NCBI GenBank assembly: GCA_964016885.1
Contig: OZ024740.1
Span: 265,608,001 to 265,672,000 of the forward strand
DNA: 64,000 bases
Source of the DNA: Eledone cirrhosa
Lineage: Eukaryota
Direction: 5' to 3'
Part shown: piece by piece, positions 1-13,139 of the stretch
Layout: each line of letters starts with the position of its first letter
How positions within the stretch are numbered: the first letter of the stretch is position 1
Notes under the pieces: model-generated
What the model was told of the DNA's origin: nothing
The model's database searches: none
The model's input: the letters and a program-made list of their open reading frames with translations, nothing else
Made by a program: the position numbers and the translations under genes

Positions 1-2812
1 CCATTCAGCCAACACTTATCATCTGCTGTTTCTATCCACCTAGCCAACACTTATCGTCTGCTGTTTCTATCCACCTAGCCAACACTTATCGTCTGCCGTT
101 TCTATCCACCTAGCCAACACTTATCGTCTGCTGTTTCTATCCACCTAGCCAACACTTATCGTCTGCTGTTTCGATCCACCTAGCCAACACTTATCGTCTG
201 CTCTTTCTATCCACCTAGCCAACACGTATCGTCTGCTGTTTCTAACCACCATCCAACACTTATCGTCTGCTGTTTCTATCCACCTAGGCAACACTTATCG
301 TCTGCTGTTTTTATCCACCTAGCCAACACTTATCGTCTGCTGTTTCTATCCGCCTAGCCAACACTTATCAACTGCTGTTTCTATCCACCTAGCCAACACT
401 TATCGTCTGCTGTTTCTATCCACATAGCCAACACTTATCGTCTGCTGTTTATATCCACCTAGCCATCACTTATCATCTGCTGTTTCTATCCACCTAGTCA
501 ACACTTATCGTCTGCTGTTTCTATCCACCTAGCCAACACTTATCGTCTGCTGTTTCTATCCACCTAGCCAACACTTATCGTCTGCTGTTTCTATCCACTC
601 AGCCAACACTTATCGTCTGCTGTTTCTATCCATTCAGCCAACACTTATCGTCTGCTGTTTCTATCCACCTAGCCAACACTTACCGTCTGCTGTTTCTATC
701 CACTCACCAACATTTATCGTCTGCTGTTTCTATCCACCTAGCCAACACTTATCGTCTGCTGTTTCTATCCACCTAGCCAACACTTATCGTCTGTTGTTTC
801 TATCCGCCTAGCCGACACTTATCGTCTGCTGATTCTATCCACCTAGCCAACACTTATCGTGTGCTGTTTCTATCCGCCTTGCCAACACTTATCGTCTGCT
901 GTTTCTATCCACCTAGCCAACACTTATCGTCTGCTGTTTCTATCCACCTAGCCAACACCTATCGTCTGCTGTTTCTATCCACCTAGCCAACACTTATCAA
1001 CTGCTGTTTCTATCCACCTAGCCAACACTTATCGTCTGCTTTTTCTATCCACCTAGCCGACACTTATCGTCTGCTGTTTCTCTCTACCTAGACAACACTT
1101 ATCGTCTGCGGTTTCTATCCACCTAGCCAACACTTATCGTCTGCTGTTTCTATCCACCTAGCCAACACTTATCGTCTGCTGTTTCTATCCACCTAGCCAA
1201 CACCTATCGTCTGCTGTTTCTATCCACCTAGCCAACACTTATCAACTGCTGTTTCTATCCACCTAGCCAACACTTATCGTCTGCTGTTTCTATCCACCTA
1301 GCCGACACTTATCGTCTGCTGTTTCTATCCACCTAGCCAACACTTATCGTCTGCTGTTTCTCTCTACCTAGATAACACTTATCGTCTGCGGTTTCTATCC
1401 ACCTAGCCAACAGTTATCGTCTGCTGTTTCTATCTGACTTGCCAACACTTATCGTCTGCTGTTTCTATCCGCCTTGCCAACACTTATCGTCCGCTGTTTC
1501 TATCCGTCTTGCCAACACTTATCGTCTGCTGTTTCTATCCACCTAGCCAACACTTATCGTCTGATGTTTCTACCATTCAGCCAACACTTATCATCTGCTG
1601 TTTCTATCCACCTAGCCAACACTTATCGTCTGCTGTTTCTATCCACCTACCCAACACTTATCGTCTGTTGTTTCTCTCCGCCTAGCCGACACTTATCGTC
1701 TGCTGATTCTATCCACCTAGCCAACACTTATCGTCTGCTGTTTCTATCCACCTAACCAACACTTATCGTCTGCTGTTTCTCTCTACCTAGACAACACTTA
1801 TCGTCTGCGGTTTCTATCCACCTAGCCAACACTTATCGTCTGCTGTTTCCATCCACCTAGCCAACACTTATCGGCTGCTGTTTCTATCCACCTAGCCAAC
1901 ACTTATCGTCTGCTGTTTCTATCCACCTAGCCAACACTTATCGTCTGCTGTTTCTATCCACCTAGCCAACACTTATCGTTTGCTGTTTCTATCCACCTAG
2001 CCAACACCTATCGTCTGCTGTTTCTATCCACCTAGCCAACACTTATCAACTGCTGTTTCTATCCACCTAGCCAACACTTATCGTCTGCTGTTTCTACCCA
2101 CCTAGCCGACACTTATCGTCTGCTGTTTCTATCCACCTAGCCAACACTTATCGTCTGCTGTTTCTCTCTACCTAGATAACACTTATCGTCTGCGGTTTCT
2201 ATCCACCTAGCCAACAGTTATCGTCTGCTGTTTCTATCCGCCTTGCCAACACTTATCGTCCGCTGTTTCTATCCGTCTTGCCAACACTTATCGTCTGCTG
2301 TTTCTATCCACCTAGCCAACACTTATCGTCTGATGTTTCTACCATTCAGCCAACACTTATCATCTGCTGTTTCTATCCACCTAGCCAACACTTATCGTCT
2401 GCTGTTTCTATCCACCTACCCAACACTTATCGTCTGTTGTTTCTCTCCGCCTAGCCGACACTTATCGTCTGCTGATTCTATCCACCTAGCCAACACTTAT
2501 CGTCTGCTGTTTCTATCCGCCTTGCCAACACTTATCGTCTGCTGTTTCTATCCACCTAGCCAACACTTATCGTCTGCTCTTTCAATCCACTCAGCCAACA
2601 CTTATCGTCTGCTGTTTCTATCCACCTAGCCAACACTTATCGTCTGGTGTTTCTATCCACCTAGCCAACACTTATCGTCTGATGTTTCTACCATTCAGCC
2701 AACACTTATCATCTGCTGTTTCTATCCACCTAGCCAACACTTATCGTCTGCTGTTTCTATCCCCCTAGCCAACACTTATCGTCTGCTGTTTCTATCCACC
2801 TAGCCAACACCT
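1..2812. repeat. 35-bp minisatellite, ~80 copies (consensus CCACCTAGCCAACACTTATCGTCTGCTGTTTCTAT), running off the left edge
   Basis: Directly visible 35-nt period with scattered variants and no spacers. Confidence 0.97.
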
Positions 2813-2896
2813 ATCCTTTCACCCATTGCTTAGAAAGAGTAAAGAGGGATTGAAAGAAAAGAAAAGAAAGAAGAAGAAAAATACAAGCAGGAAAAG

Positions 2897-3630
2897 ATAT
2901 GTTGTTGATCTTGTTGTTGGTAATGTTGATGGTGGTTGTGCTGGTGACAGTGCTGGTGCTGGTGGTGTTGATGGTGTTGATAGTAATGTTAGTTGCTGTG
3001 TTGGTAGTGATGTTGCTGGTGGCTATGCTGGTGCTGGTTGTGGTGGTGCTGGTGCTAGTGTTGGTCGTAGTGTTGGTTGTGGTCGTGCTGCTACTGGTGT
3101 TGATGGTGTTGATAGTAATGGTAGTTTCTATGTTGGTAATGATGTTGATGGTGGCTATGCTGGTGCTGGCTGTGGTGGTGGTGCTGGTGCTAGTGTTGGT
3201 GCTGGTCGTAGTGCTGGTTGTGGTGGTGCTGCTACTGGTGTTGATGGTGTTGATAGTAATGGTAGTTGCTATGCTGGTGGTTGTGATGAGGCTGTTGGTT
3301 TTTGTGTGTTTGCGATGATTTAGCTCATGATGGGAAATGATGGTGCTGACGACAATGATGATGATGATGATGATGATGATAATGATGGCGTTGACGGCTG
3401 CTGTGAAGATGCCGATGCCGATGTTGTTGATTATGGTGATGTTGATGGTGATGATGATGATGAAAAAGATGATGGTATTGTTGTTTATGATGGCGTCGAT
3501 GACTGCTTTGATGATACTGATGTGATGCTGATGCTGATAATGATGATGATTATGATGATGAAGAAGATGATGATGATGATGTACATGATGATGATGATGC
3601 TGCTACTAATGATGATGACGATGGGGGCCA
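2897..3630. repeat. Low-complexity GGT/GTT/GCT/GAT trinucleotide tract with an internal ~135-bp duplication
   Basis: GGTGTTGATGGTGTTGATAGTAATG recurs at ~2965, ~3096 and ~3237; (GAT)n after 3350. Confidence 0.85.
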
Positions 3631-4048
3631 AGAAGTAGCATATATGTCGTCCGTCCAACATTACTTAAGGCTGTTAACTAAATGCCATGCCTCAATGTAC
3701 AGCTGTTATTTCAACCAGTTAGCTCTTCCACACTTTGTTGTGCCCTCATATCCACATTACGTTCTTTGTTGGAATTTTGGCATTTCAATGGTAAAGATTT
3801 GCTTATTTCGTGAACTAATATCCGGGCTCAATCTCACCTCCAGGATAAGTGTCACTATTTACAAGCCTACAATTAAGATGGATCAGTGACAAGAAATTAT
3901 AACTGTACACTCACGCATACATACAAATATTTATACATACACATATATATATATATATATATATATTTGTTATATAAATATATATATATATAAATAAGTA
4001 TATATACATATTATATATATATATTATGTATATATATGTATGTATATC

Positions 4049-4098
<50 letters not shown>

Positions 4099-4590
4099 GC
4101 TTGTCTCTATGTGTGTATGTATATGTATTCATACATACATATCTATATATATTTACCTATCTATATCTATATTTACATATATATATATATATATATATAA
4201 ACTCTAATTCACTTTTACGTGTAAGATATTATACTTAGTTTGTTTTTGACGGTTGTATATTGAACGTTGGTGGTTTCTTTTCAACTCTAAACAACGGCGC
4301 AATGCACAAATATCTGCTAAGACCATTTATGACGTATCTTTAAGTAAGTCACCTTCCAGGCATTAGTAAATGCTATTCACTATGTGAAGTGAACTTACAA
4401 TGGAAATGGAATGCTGTAAGAGAGAGTGAAAGGCAGAGAAGGGCTTCGTGAGAAAGATAGAGAGAGGGAGCTTAGTGAGAAAGATAGAGAGAGGGGGCTT
4501 CGTGAGAGAGGGAGAGAGATGGGGCTTCTTGAGAGAAGGATGTTTCTGAAGAGTGAGGATATGTGAGAGAGAAGTGAAGATAATGAGAGA

Positions 4591-4669
<79 letters not shown>

Positions 4670-4820
4670 TAAGAGAGAGAGATGTATAGTTGAAAAAGTA
4701 GCAGGAAATGAATAGGAAAATTAAAATTTCATAGAAAGTCCATTATCGAAAAGGCAAGGTTTCAATTTTAAATTATTGTAAGGCATTAAATTACAATGTA
4801 CAGACACAAATACTACAACC

Positions 4821-4906
<86 letters not shown>

Positions 4907-4911
<5 letters not shown>

Positions 4912-5117
4912 TATAATAAACAACATAAGATAATTATTACATTTACCAGTGGTTTCTTGAAAGCAAACAAAATTTGCTTTCAATCAGAATGAAAAAAATC
5001 GTGGTGTATTTATTGACTGTGGATTTTAAAAACAAAAATATAATCTATATGAAAGTGAGGCTGGAAAACGAAGAAGGAAAGGAAAAAGAATAAATATAAA
5101 AGTAGATAAACACGCAT

Positions 5118-5152
<35 letters not shown>

Positions 5153-5185
5153 TATACATACACACATACATATATATATATATAC

Positions 5186-5216
<31 letters not shown>

Positions 5217-5239
5217 CATACACACATAGATACACATGC

Positions 5240-5272
<33 letters not shown>

Positions 5273-5317
5273 TATATACATATATCCATACATACACATA
5301 CACATAAATACACAAAT

Positions 5318-5340
<23 letters not shown>
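4907..5340 (-). mobile_element. PLE 3' pLTR; inverted copy at ~7580-8143
   Basis: 4907-5115 is the reverse complement of 7930-8143 and the match continues into the compound microsatellite; contains an HHR remnant; lies downstream of the minus-strand PLE ORF remnant. Confidence 0.7.
4937..4994 (-). ncRNA. Degenerate type I hammerhead (core has lost GA)
   Basis: rc reads TTTCATT-CTGAT[--]-TGAAAGCAAA..TTTGCTTTCAA-GAAA-CCACTGG-TA-AATG. Confidence 0.55.
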
Positions 5341-5368
<28 letters not shown>

Positions 5369-5636
5369 AAAATACATAAATATTATATATATATATAAAA
5401 ATAAAAAGGTGGAAGGGGTAAACAAATAATTGGAAATACGACAAATAATAAATAAATAAATAAATAAATAGATAAAGGTATAATGGTTTGTAGGTGATTT
5501 AGAGTACTACACTCAACAAATTCCTGGAGCAAATAATCAATGAAAATAAACATTAAATCACTCTGTATGTAATTATACATATACATACACATATATATAC
5601 ACATACACAAACACACACACAGACAACCATACAAAT

Positions 5637-5669
<33 letters not shown>

Positions 5670-6069
5670 GGAATAAGTATGACCCCGACGGCAGCGCTCA
5701 AGCCGTTTCGACGGCTATTATTTATATATATATAAAAATACACATATACACAACACATACATACACACAGAAATAAATATCTATAAATAAAAAAGGTGGG
5801 TAAGTAAAGAGTAAGGTAGAAAGTAGGGAGGTATAAGGAAAATAAATAACATAGGAAAAAGTTTAAATATAAGGGGAGATAAGGGAGAAAAAGATTATGA
5901 GAGTACAGAAAGTGAGTTCAGAGAGTAATAAAAATCGTAGTGGATGTAAGGCGTAGAGAGCAGAGAAGAAGTTCAAGGTGGTTGAGTCATCGTGGGAATG
6001 TCAATCCAGTTACAGAGCAGATGTAATTTCAGGTGAGGACAACATCTGAAGATCTCGGTCTTGGAGTTC

Positions 6070-6540
6070 ACTCCTGGCTGGCTGGTTGTTAATCAAAGGT
6101 GTTACTTTGGCCTCATATACAACGGATTTGGTATTACATTTGCGCTGTAATGGGCATTCATCCGGCGTCCAGCAACCGCATCCTGGATTTATTCTCGTAC
6201 GATTAGAATTGGTGATTTTAGACTTCATTGATGGGCAGCAAGAGTAACTGATTTTAACTACATTTCTATTAAATATCTTATAATATCTATGATTAGGAGG
6301 AAAATGTTTGTCTAAGAGGTCAAGGAATTTCCTTCCTACATTAGTTTTGAAAGTTAGAGAGAAGGGGGGTGTAAACCAAATAATTTCTATTATTGTGATT
6401 AGTTTTAGGGGGAGGAGTAGGTAAATATTTAATGTGTTCTGTAAAGCCGCTGTTATTAAGGGCTTTATTATAATAAGTCGTATATTATTTATTTTTATGT
6501 TACGGTCTATTGCGTGATATGGTTGTCCATTTTTTTTAAA
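6070..6540 (-). pseudogene. PLE ORF remnant (RT thumb/linker to start of GIY-YIG), Naiad-like
   Basis: Translates [69 protein letters not shown]; homologous to the PLE ORFs at 41 kb and 45 kb. Confidence 0.85.
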
Positions 6541-6675
6541 ATTTCTTCTTATAATTAATTGTGTGTGTGCGTATGTAGGTATATGTACATATATCTATAT
6601 GTGTGTGTGCGTATGTATGCGTGTATATATGTGTGTATGTGTGTGTGTGTATGTACGTGTGTATATATGTATGAT

Positions 6676-6720
<45 letters not shown>

Positions 6721-6768
6721 GTGTGTGTGTGTGTGTGTTTGTGTATTTATGTGTATGTGTATGTATGG

Positions 6769-6804
<36 letters not shown>

Positions 6805-6811
6805 TTATATA

Positions 6812-6942
<131 letters not shown>

Positions 6943-6966
6943 ATATGTATGTATATATATATATGT

Positions 6967-7575
6967 ATGTCAGGTCACCACTTGGTGCTACTGGTAACAT
7001 GTATCCCAGTACAACCTGTCTCATGGTCGGGTCGTTGGCGACTAAACTGGCAAACCCACCAAGGTTTCTTGGTGAGAAGGGTGACTTTGGACATCCTGCA
7101 GGACTAAAAGCAAAACCTGTCAAAGGGCAAAGGAGCTCTTAAGAGTCAATGGCCATCCAAAATCACTGGGAGAGATGACCCCTTAGCCTTTGTCAAGGCA
7201 GAATTCTAGGAGAAGGAAAACTCTGATATAACACCTGCAACCCTGATGGTATCCAATGATGTTGACTTGTTCTTCTTTTTGGTAAATATCATCTTGGTTA
7301 AGAGAGTGGGACTGGCTTTGTGTAGTGCCTTTGCTCACTATAAAAGCTTCAAGGCACAGGCATTGCTTTATATCTGGAGATCTCTCTGCACTTGTCGTCA
7401 CATGGTACCAAAGGCAAAGCACTATGTGTCAATAATTGTCACAAGTGTAGTGTTTGTACCAGAGTTTTCAAGTCGCTGGCTGGACTAAAAAGTCACACTC
7501 GTTTAGCGCATCGGTAGGGTTCTCCTACATGGATATAAAGTAGTGGCCGTACTCGAAAACGAGTTGGCAGCCACC
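6967..7575 (+). mobile_element. Non-autonomous RTE derivative (5' UTR + last zinc finger + 3' tail)
   Basis: 7165-7360 resembles the 5' UTR of the LINE at 25.7 kb; encodes [22 protein letters not shown]; ends TACTCGAAAACGAGTTGGCAGCCA like the LINE tail. Confidence 0.8.
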
Positions 7576-7642
7576 CTATATATATGTATATGTATGTGTG
7601 TATGTATATGTGTGTGTATGTACGTGTGTATATATGTATGAT

Positions 7643-7683
<41 letters not shown>

Positions 7684-7748
7684 TTGTGTATTTATGTGTA
7701 TGTGTATGTATGGATATATATATATATATGTATATATATATTTATATA

Positions 7749-7813
<65 letters not shown>

Positions 7814-7830
7814 ATGTGTATATATGTGTG

Positions 7831-7877
<47 letters not shown>

Positions 7878-8052
7878 ATGTATGTGTGTATGTATGTGTG
7901 TGTGTATGTGTGTGTGTGGGGGGGGGTGCGTGTGTGTTTATCTACTTTTATATTTATTGTTTTTTCCTTTCCTTCTTCCTTTTCCAGCCTTACTTTCATA
8001 TAGATTATACTTTTGTTTTTAAAATCCACTGTCAATAAATACACCAGGATTT

Positions 8053-8113
8053 TTTCATTTTGATGACTGAAAGCAACTTTTGTCTGCTTTCAAGAAACCA
8101 CTGGTAAATGAAA
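8053..8113 (+). ncRNA. Type I hammerhead in the inverted pLTR (C3U in this copy)
   Basis: TTTCATT-TTGATGA-cTGAAAGCA..TGCTTTCAa-GAAA-CCACTGG-TA-AATGAAA; 7-bp stem I, 8-bp stem II. Confidence 0.7.
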
Positions 8114-8216
8114 TAATTATCTTATGTTGTTTATTAAATAACTAATAAGCTCTGTAACCTACATAGAGCACTCTTTTTTCTGGATCTTTCCGACGGTATT
8201 ACTTCATTTATATATA

Positions 8217-9309
8217 TCTATATATATAATTCCCGTTCTGTGTGTGTGTGTAAAAGAGTTTCACTTGGAAAATATTCCATCCATCTCTGTCAAATTAAAC
8301 ACATAGCCAAAATAGGCTACCGTTTGTAACATCAAGAAAAAATTATTTCATAATGATTAATTTTGAAGTCACAAACTTCGATTTTATAATCTTATAGACG
8401 TTTGCACTAACAAATTCCATGACGGCCATAAAGAGAGAGAGAGCGTTTCTTTTACACACTTCTTAAGTCTCCCCCTTCCACAACACGACGTTATGGGATT
8501 GTATGTGTATGTGCGTGTGTATATGTGTGTGTATGTGTTTGTGTGTGTATGTGTGCGTGCATGTGTGTGTGTGTGTGTAATTTCCATAACGGCCAGAGAG
8601 AGAAGGATGTGTGAGAGGGAGATAGTAAGAGAGGAGTGAGAGAGAGAGTAAAATAAAGAAAGAGAGGAGTGAGAGAGAGAGAGTAAAATAAAGAAAGAGA
8701 GGAGTGTGTGTGACGCGAATATGATACATACAGCGTTTATAATTTTAACTTATTTATTACACTTCTTAACTCTCCCCCTTCCACAACGTCACGTCTTGGG
8801 ATTGTGTGCGTATGCGTATGTGTGTGTGTGTATGTGTGTGTGTGTATTTGTGTGTATGTGTGTGTATGTTTGTGTGTGTATGTGTTTGTGTGTGTGCGTA
8901 TGTGTGTGTGTGTTTGTGTGTGTGTGTGTTTGTGTGTATGTGTGTGTATGTTTGTGTGTGTATGTGTTTGTGTGTGTGCGTATGTGTGTGTGTGTGTGTA
9001 TGTGTATGTGTGTGTGTTTGTGTGTATGTGTGTGTATGTTTGTATGTGTATGTGTTTGTGTGTGTGTGTACATGATGGATGTTTTAAAATACACATTGTT
9101 CAACCGACACGGCTAACGATACATTTCTCTATGTTCACATATCTGTAAATAAAACTTGCTCTTTTTGAATACCGTCTCATTTTTTTTTATTGAAAGAGTT
9201 GATCAGGTAAAATTATCCTCCAAGTTAAACATACAACACGGAAATTGACCATTAACATTGCAGCCCTACCAAGAACTGACACCGTCCAATGGACGGGGTC
9301 ATTTGCTAG
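8217..9309 (+). mobile_element. Non-autonomous Helitron
   Basis: A|TCTATATATATAA 5' end; 3' hairpin CCGTCCA-A-TGGACGG followed by CTAG|T at 9306-9309; internal (GT)n. Confidence 0.65.
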
Positions 9310-10432
9310 TATATATATAAAACAGAGGATGTATGTCTGTGTAAATCCCTAAAACTCGAGAAGTACCCGACCGAATATTTTCAAATTTCACATATGCGTT
9401 ACTTATGTTTCTTGAAGTGCAATGAGTTAAAAATATTTTAACTTTTTCTGCCCATTTTTTGAGGCGTAATTTAAAGATAATCCAGCCGATTTCCTCGAAA
9501 TTGCAACACACATTAGTTAGTCCCCTCGCATTGCTGTGGACAAAAAAGTTCCGATTCCATTAATGGATTCTAGGAAATTTACGAATTAGCATTGTGCCAT
9601 ACATGCCATTATCAGTGTCAATATAAACGCTACTTAAACATCGTAAGTAGCGTATAATATTTCGTTAAAAATTTGGTTTATTTAACAGAGTTCATAGCAC
9701 TTACTTACTTTTAAGCAGGGCCATTTTCGGGGGATTGAGGAAATGAGGAGGACATAAAGATTTTTGTCGGTGCCCTGTTGACGCTTCGTACTTTCATCAC
9801 GCGCGAATCCGGACCCTGTGTACGTTGGCGTCTTATTGACACCGTAAAACTGACGTCTGTGCTACTTCTCCTAAAAACCCTTTTGTTGCACCTACACCGT
9901 AGTATGAACGCCCTGCACAAGTACGCCGAACAGCGGTTGTGCTAATTACGCGGTGACCCCTTTTGTCGCCCCTTTGTTGCTGTGTAAACACAGTGTAATC
10001 AATGCGGCCCAGCATTTGTGCTAATTGCACTATAACCCCCTTCTGCTTCAGTTGCATTGCCACACTGATTTCGTCATCTCAATATCCCTACTTAAACGTA
10101 CATCCCTACTTGGTTTTCACACAATTGACTATGTTCCTCCTTCAGACTGACATGTGTTCCCCGTCCGTGACGTCATTCGGGAACAGACTTACGACATACA
10201 TCGACCCACAACACTTACTTACTCCTTTCGCATACAGGATTTCCGCAATCAGCCCACTGACACTGCTACTACTGGATTCGGCCTGCTGGTGTTCTGCGTT
10301 TCCAGTAGATGAACAATCATTCCCTGAGAATAAGGAAATTCAAAAAGTACACAGCTACATTCCTCAATCTTTGCATATGCGTGTTGCTATTTCACATTTC
10401 TTGCCCCGTGCAACGCCGGGTCCTGCTGCTAG
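9310..10432 (+). mobile_element. Second non-autonomous Helitron, in tandem with the first
   Basis: Starts TATATATATAAAA (no TC); 3' hairpin CCCG-tgcaacgc-CGGG then CTAG|T at 10429-10432, nearly identical to the Helitron end at 63416. Confidence 0.7.
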
Positions 10433-10439
10433 TATTTAT

Positions 10440-10515
<76 letters not shown>

Positions 10516-10652
10516 GTGGTGCCAAGACAGGGGAGACTACCAATCAAGGGAGTACTCACTGCATGGGGAGAAGCAGAGTGGGTATAGAGGTATGTAAAAT
10601 CCCGACTGCAGCACCATATAGTCGAGATTTTACACACATACACACACACGTG

Positions 10653-10809
<157 letters not shown>

Positions 10810-10985
10810 ATATATATAATACAATATTTTGAAAAGATAACAGACTAGAGACAGATAGTGCGCCATCACTCAAACAGGGATAAACCACCAGTGTAAGGAA
10901 TCTATAGCCCATGAAAGGCAGAGTAGACACACAATAATTAAAAGTATAAATTTAAATGTAAATACATACCTCGATAAATATCTAA

Positions 10986-11070
10986 CACACACGTACAAAT
11001 CCAAAAAGATCTGTTTCACCAAATAAGTTGTTGACAGAAATGATTAGCCCATGGTTCATCAGCGTGTGTA
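10986..11070 (-). ncRNA. Type I hammerhead ribozyme, intact core
   Basis: rc: TACACACG-CTGATGA-ACCA..TGGT-GAAA-CAGATC-ttttt-GGATTTG-TA-CGTGTGTG. Confidence 0.85.
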
Positions 11071-11548
11071 AGGCTATACATTTCAGACAACACTAAGAGA
11101 ATCGAAAGCGACCATCCAGCCACACGTGGGAGAGAGAATTCACAGCGAGCCTAGGGCAGTAACCAGTGGTCTCTGAGGGACGAGCTGCTAGAAAGGGCAG
11201 CCCAAACCACTCAGAGAAGTGTGCTCAACCAAACAGAGAGAGAGGAAAGACTGTTATAAGGAGCGAAATATCACGATAAATTAACGGAGCCATATACTAT
11301 CGCCATTCCCTGTCAGTAATGTGCTCAAAGGAGATGGAATCCCGAGCCCTTTATAATACAATATGTAGAGAAGATAACACACCAGAGAGAGAGAGAGAGA
11401 GAGAGAGAAATGGTGCGCCATCAGTCAAACAGGGAAAAACCACCAGTGTATGGAATCTATAGCTCATGGAAGGCAGAGTAGACACACAATAAAAGTATAA
11501 ATTAAGGTGTAAATACATTCTCTTAGTGTTGTCTGAAATGTATAGCCT

Positions 11549-11634
11549 TACACACGCTGATGAACCACGGGCTAATCATTTCTGTCAACAACTTATTTGG
11601 CGAAACAGATCTTTTTTGGATTTGTACGTGTGTG
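11549..11634 (+). ncRNA. Type I hammerhead ribozyme, intact core
   Basis: Stem I TACACACG/CGTGTGTG, CTGATGA 11557-11563, GAAA 11602-11605, stem III CAGATC/GATTTG, predicted cleavage after GUA at 11626. Confidence 0.85.
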
Positions 11635-12024
11635 TTAGATACTTATCGAGGTATGTATTTACACTTTAATTTATACTTTTAATTATTGAGTGTCTACGCT
11701 GCCTTCCATGGGCTATAGATTCCTTACACTGGTGGTTTTTCCCTGTTTGACTGATGGCGTACTATCTCTCTCTCTCTAATGTGTTGTATTTTCTACATAT
11801 TGTATTATAAAGGGCTCGGGATTCCTTCTCCTTTAAGCATATTACTGACAGGGAATAGCGAGAGTCTATGGCTCCGTTAATTTATCGTGATATATATATA
11901 TATATATAATAGTGAGTAAAATCGATGTTGCAGCTGCGATTAGCATTTTTTGAAATCAATTTTTAGAAGCCCGCAGGAAGCACTCAGTGAGATGATATCG
12001 ATAAATCAATAAATTATAGCTCAG

Positions 12025-12212
12025 AATAATTGTTTCTACTTTTGGCCCAAGGCCAGCAATTATCCCAGTGTATTACTGGTACTTTATTTTATCGACCTCG
12101 TAAGGATGAAAGGCAAAGTTAACCTCGGCGGGATTTGAACTCAAACCATAAAGGGTCGTAACTCTTTGCTGCAAAGCATGGCGTCCGACCCTCTACCGAT
12201 ACTGCCAATCCA
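12025..12212 (-). mobile_element. tRNA-derived SINE family 1 (Meta-domain-like core)
   Basis: Reverse complement of the 12853 copy. Confidence 0.85.
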
Positions 12213-12714
12213 ACGAGAATAATAACTATACGTTAGGGGTGTGACGCAGCGAAAATTGCAGTCGGAGACATGTTGCCACCTTGCCACTACAACAACGAAA
12301 ATACAAACAGGTTAAAGACGAACCAAGACCTGATTGATAGATACATAAATATCTTCGATTGGTTTCTGGGAAATTCGAAAGCTACACTCCAAGTTGTACA
12401 ATATGCAAGTCTGTAATGTATCCTAAGATGGAACGAGGATATCCCTTTCTCAACAGGCATTTCGTTCCGTATTCCATGAGCGCGGCATATTCACTCCACT
12501 GTCAAGTACTGTTTGCAACTATGACAGTGGGTTCACAATTTCTTTCTATATATATATATTGTTGAAAAGGGCTATACATTTCCGGGCCAATCAAAGATTA
12601 TATGTAACAGCTAAAAGTGGAAACAGCACGGAAGTATATTTAAGGCATTCTTTTTCTTTTTTTTTCTATAATCCGACCGAGTAAGATTTTTTTTTTTAAA
12701 AGGGGATTTTATAA

Positions 12715-12757
12715 AATATTACCAGTTTCGATGAATAAATTCATCTTATCAAATATC
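12715..12757 (-). ncRNA. Minimal type I hammerhead, UUGAUAA (C3U/G8A) core
   Basis: rc: GATAT-TTGATAA-GATGAA-ttta-TTCATC-GAAA-CTGG-TA-ATATT. Confidence 0.7.
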
Positions 12758-12852
12758 AAATTAAAAGTGAAAGATTAAAAGTTGAAAAGCATCTTCATTT
12801 CTGTGTAATGGGAATATTTGAGCTTATCTAAAAGAATTACTATTTATATATA

Positions 12853-13043
12853 GGGCGGTGGATTGGCAGTATCGGTAGAGGGTCGGACGCCATGCTTTCC
12901 AGCATAGTTACGTCCCTTTACGAACTGAGTTCAAATCCCGCCGAGGTTGACTTTGCCTTTCATCCTTACGGGGTCGATAAAATAAAGTACTAGTAATGCA
13001 CTGGATAATTGCTGGCATTGTGCCTAAAGTAGAAACAATTATT
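12853..13043 (+). mobile_element. tRNA-derived SINE family 1
   Basis: A-box-like TGGCAGTATCGG, B-box GTTCAAATCC, core GCCTTTCATCCTTACGGGGTCGATAAAATAAAGTAC, tail AGAAACAATTAT. Confidence 0.88.
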
Positions 13044-13139
13044 TATATATACTGTTCTTTGTGTAGGCGTGGTAGTGGGATTTCAACTGTTGGTCAACAA
13101 TTGAAATGTTTTTCCCAACATGGCGAACAATTTTGAGGA

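Larger units (their letters stand above)
10815..11890. mobile_element. HHR-carrying non-autonomous element (retrozyme-like or pLTR-only PLE): ~1.3 tandem ~540-bp units on minus plus an inverted, permuted partial unit
   Basis: 10815-10970 repeats directly at ~11352-11520; 11518-11890 is the reverse complement read through the unit junction; flanked by (TA)n; no ORF. Confidence 0.8.

Noticed and set aside
1-2812. 35-bp repeats as a CRISPR array or coding repeat
   Set aside because: Units are contiguous with no unique spacers, no cas genes, eukaryotic context; 35 is not a multiple of 3
2826-3638. Gly-rich, Val/Leu-rich and Asp-rich ORFs
   Set aside because: Open in several frames only because of trinucleotide repeats; no splice or domain evidence
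6967-7060. HDV-like ribozyme in the RTE head (ACC-tgtcgcat-GGT, CTAA, CCAGT/ACTGG)
   Set aside because: Could not build P1 and P1.1; CCAGTA pairs equally well with upstream TACTGG
12853-12945. tRNA gene
   Set aside because: A/B boxes belong to a multi-copy SINE head; no cloverleaf
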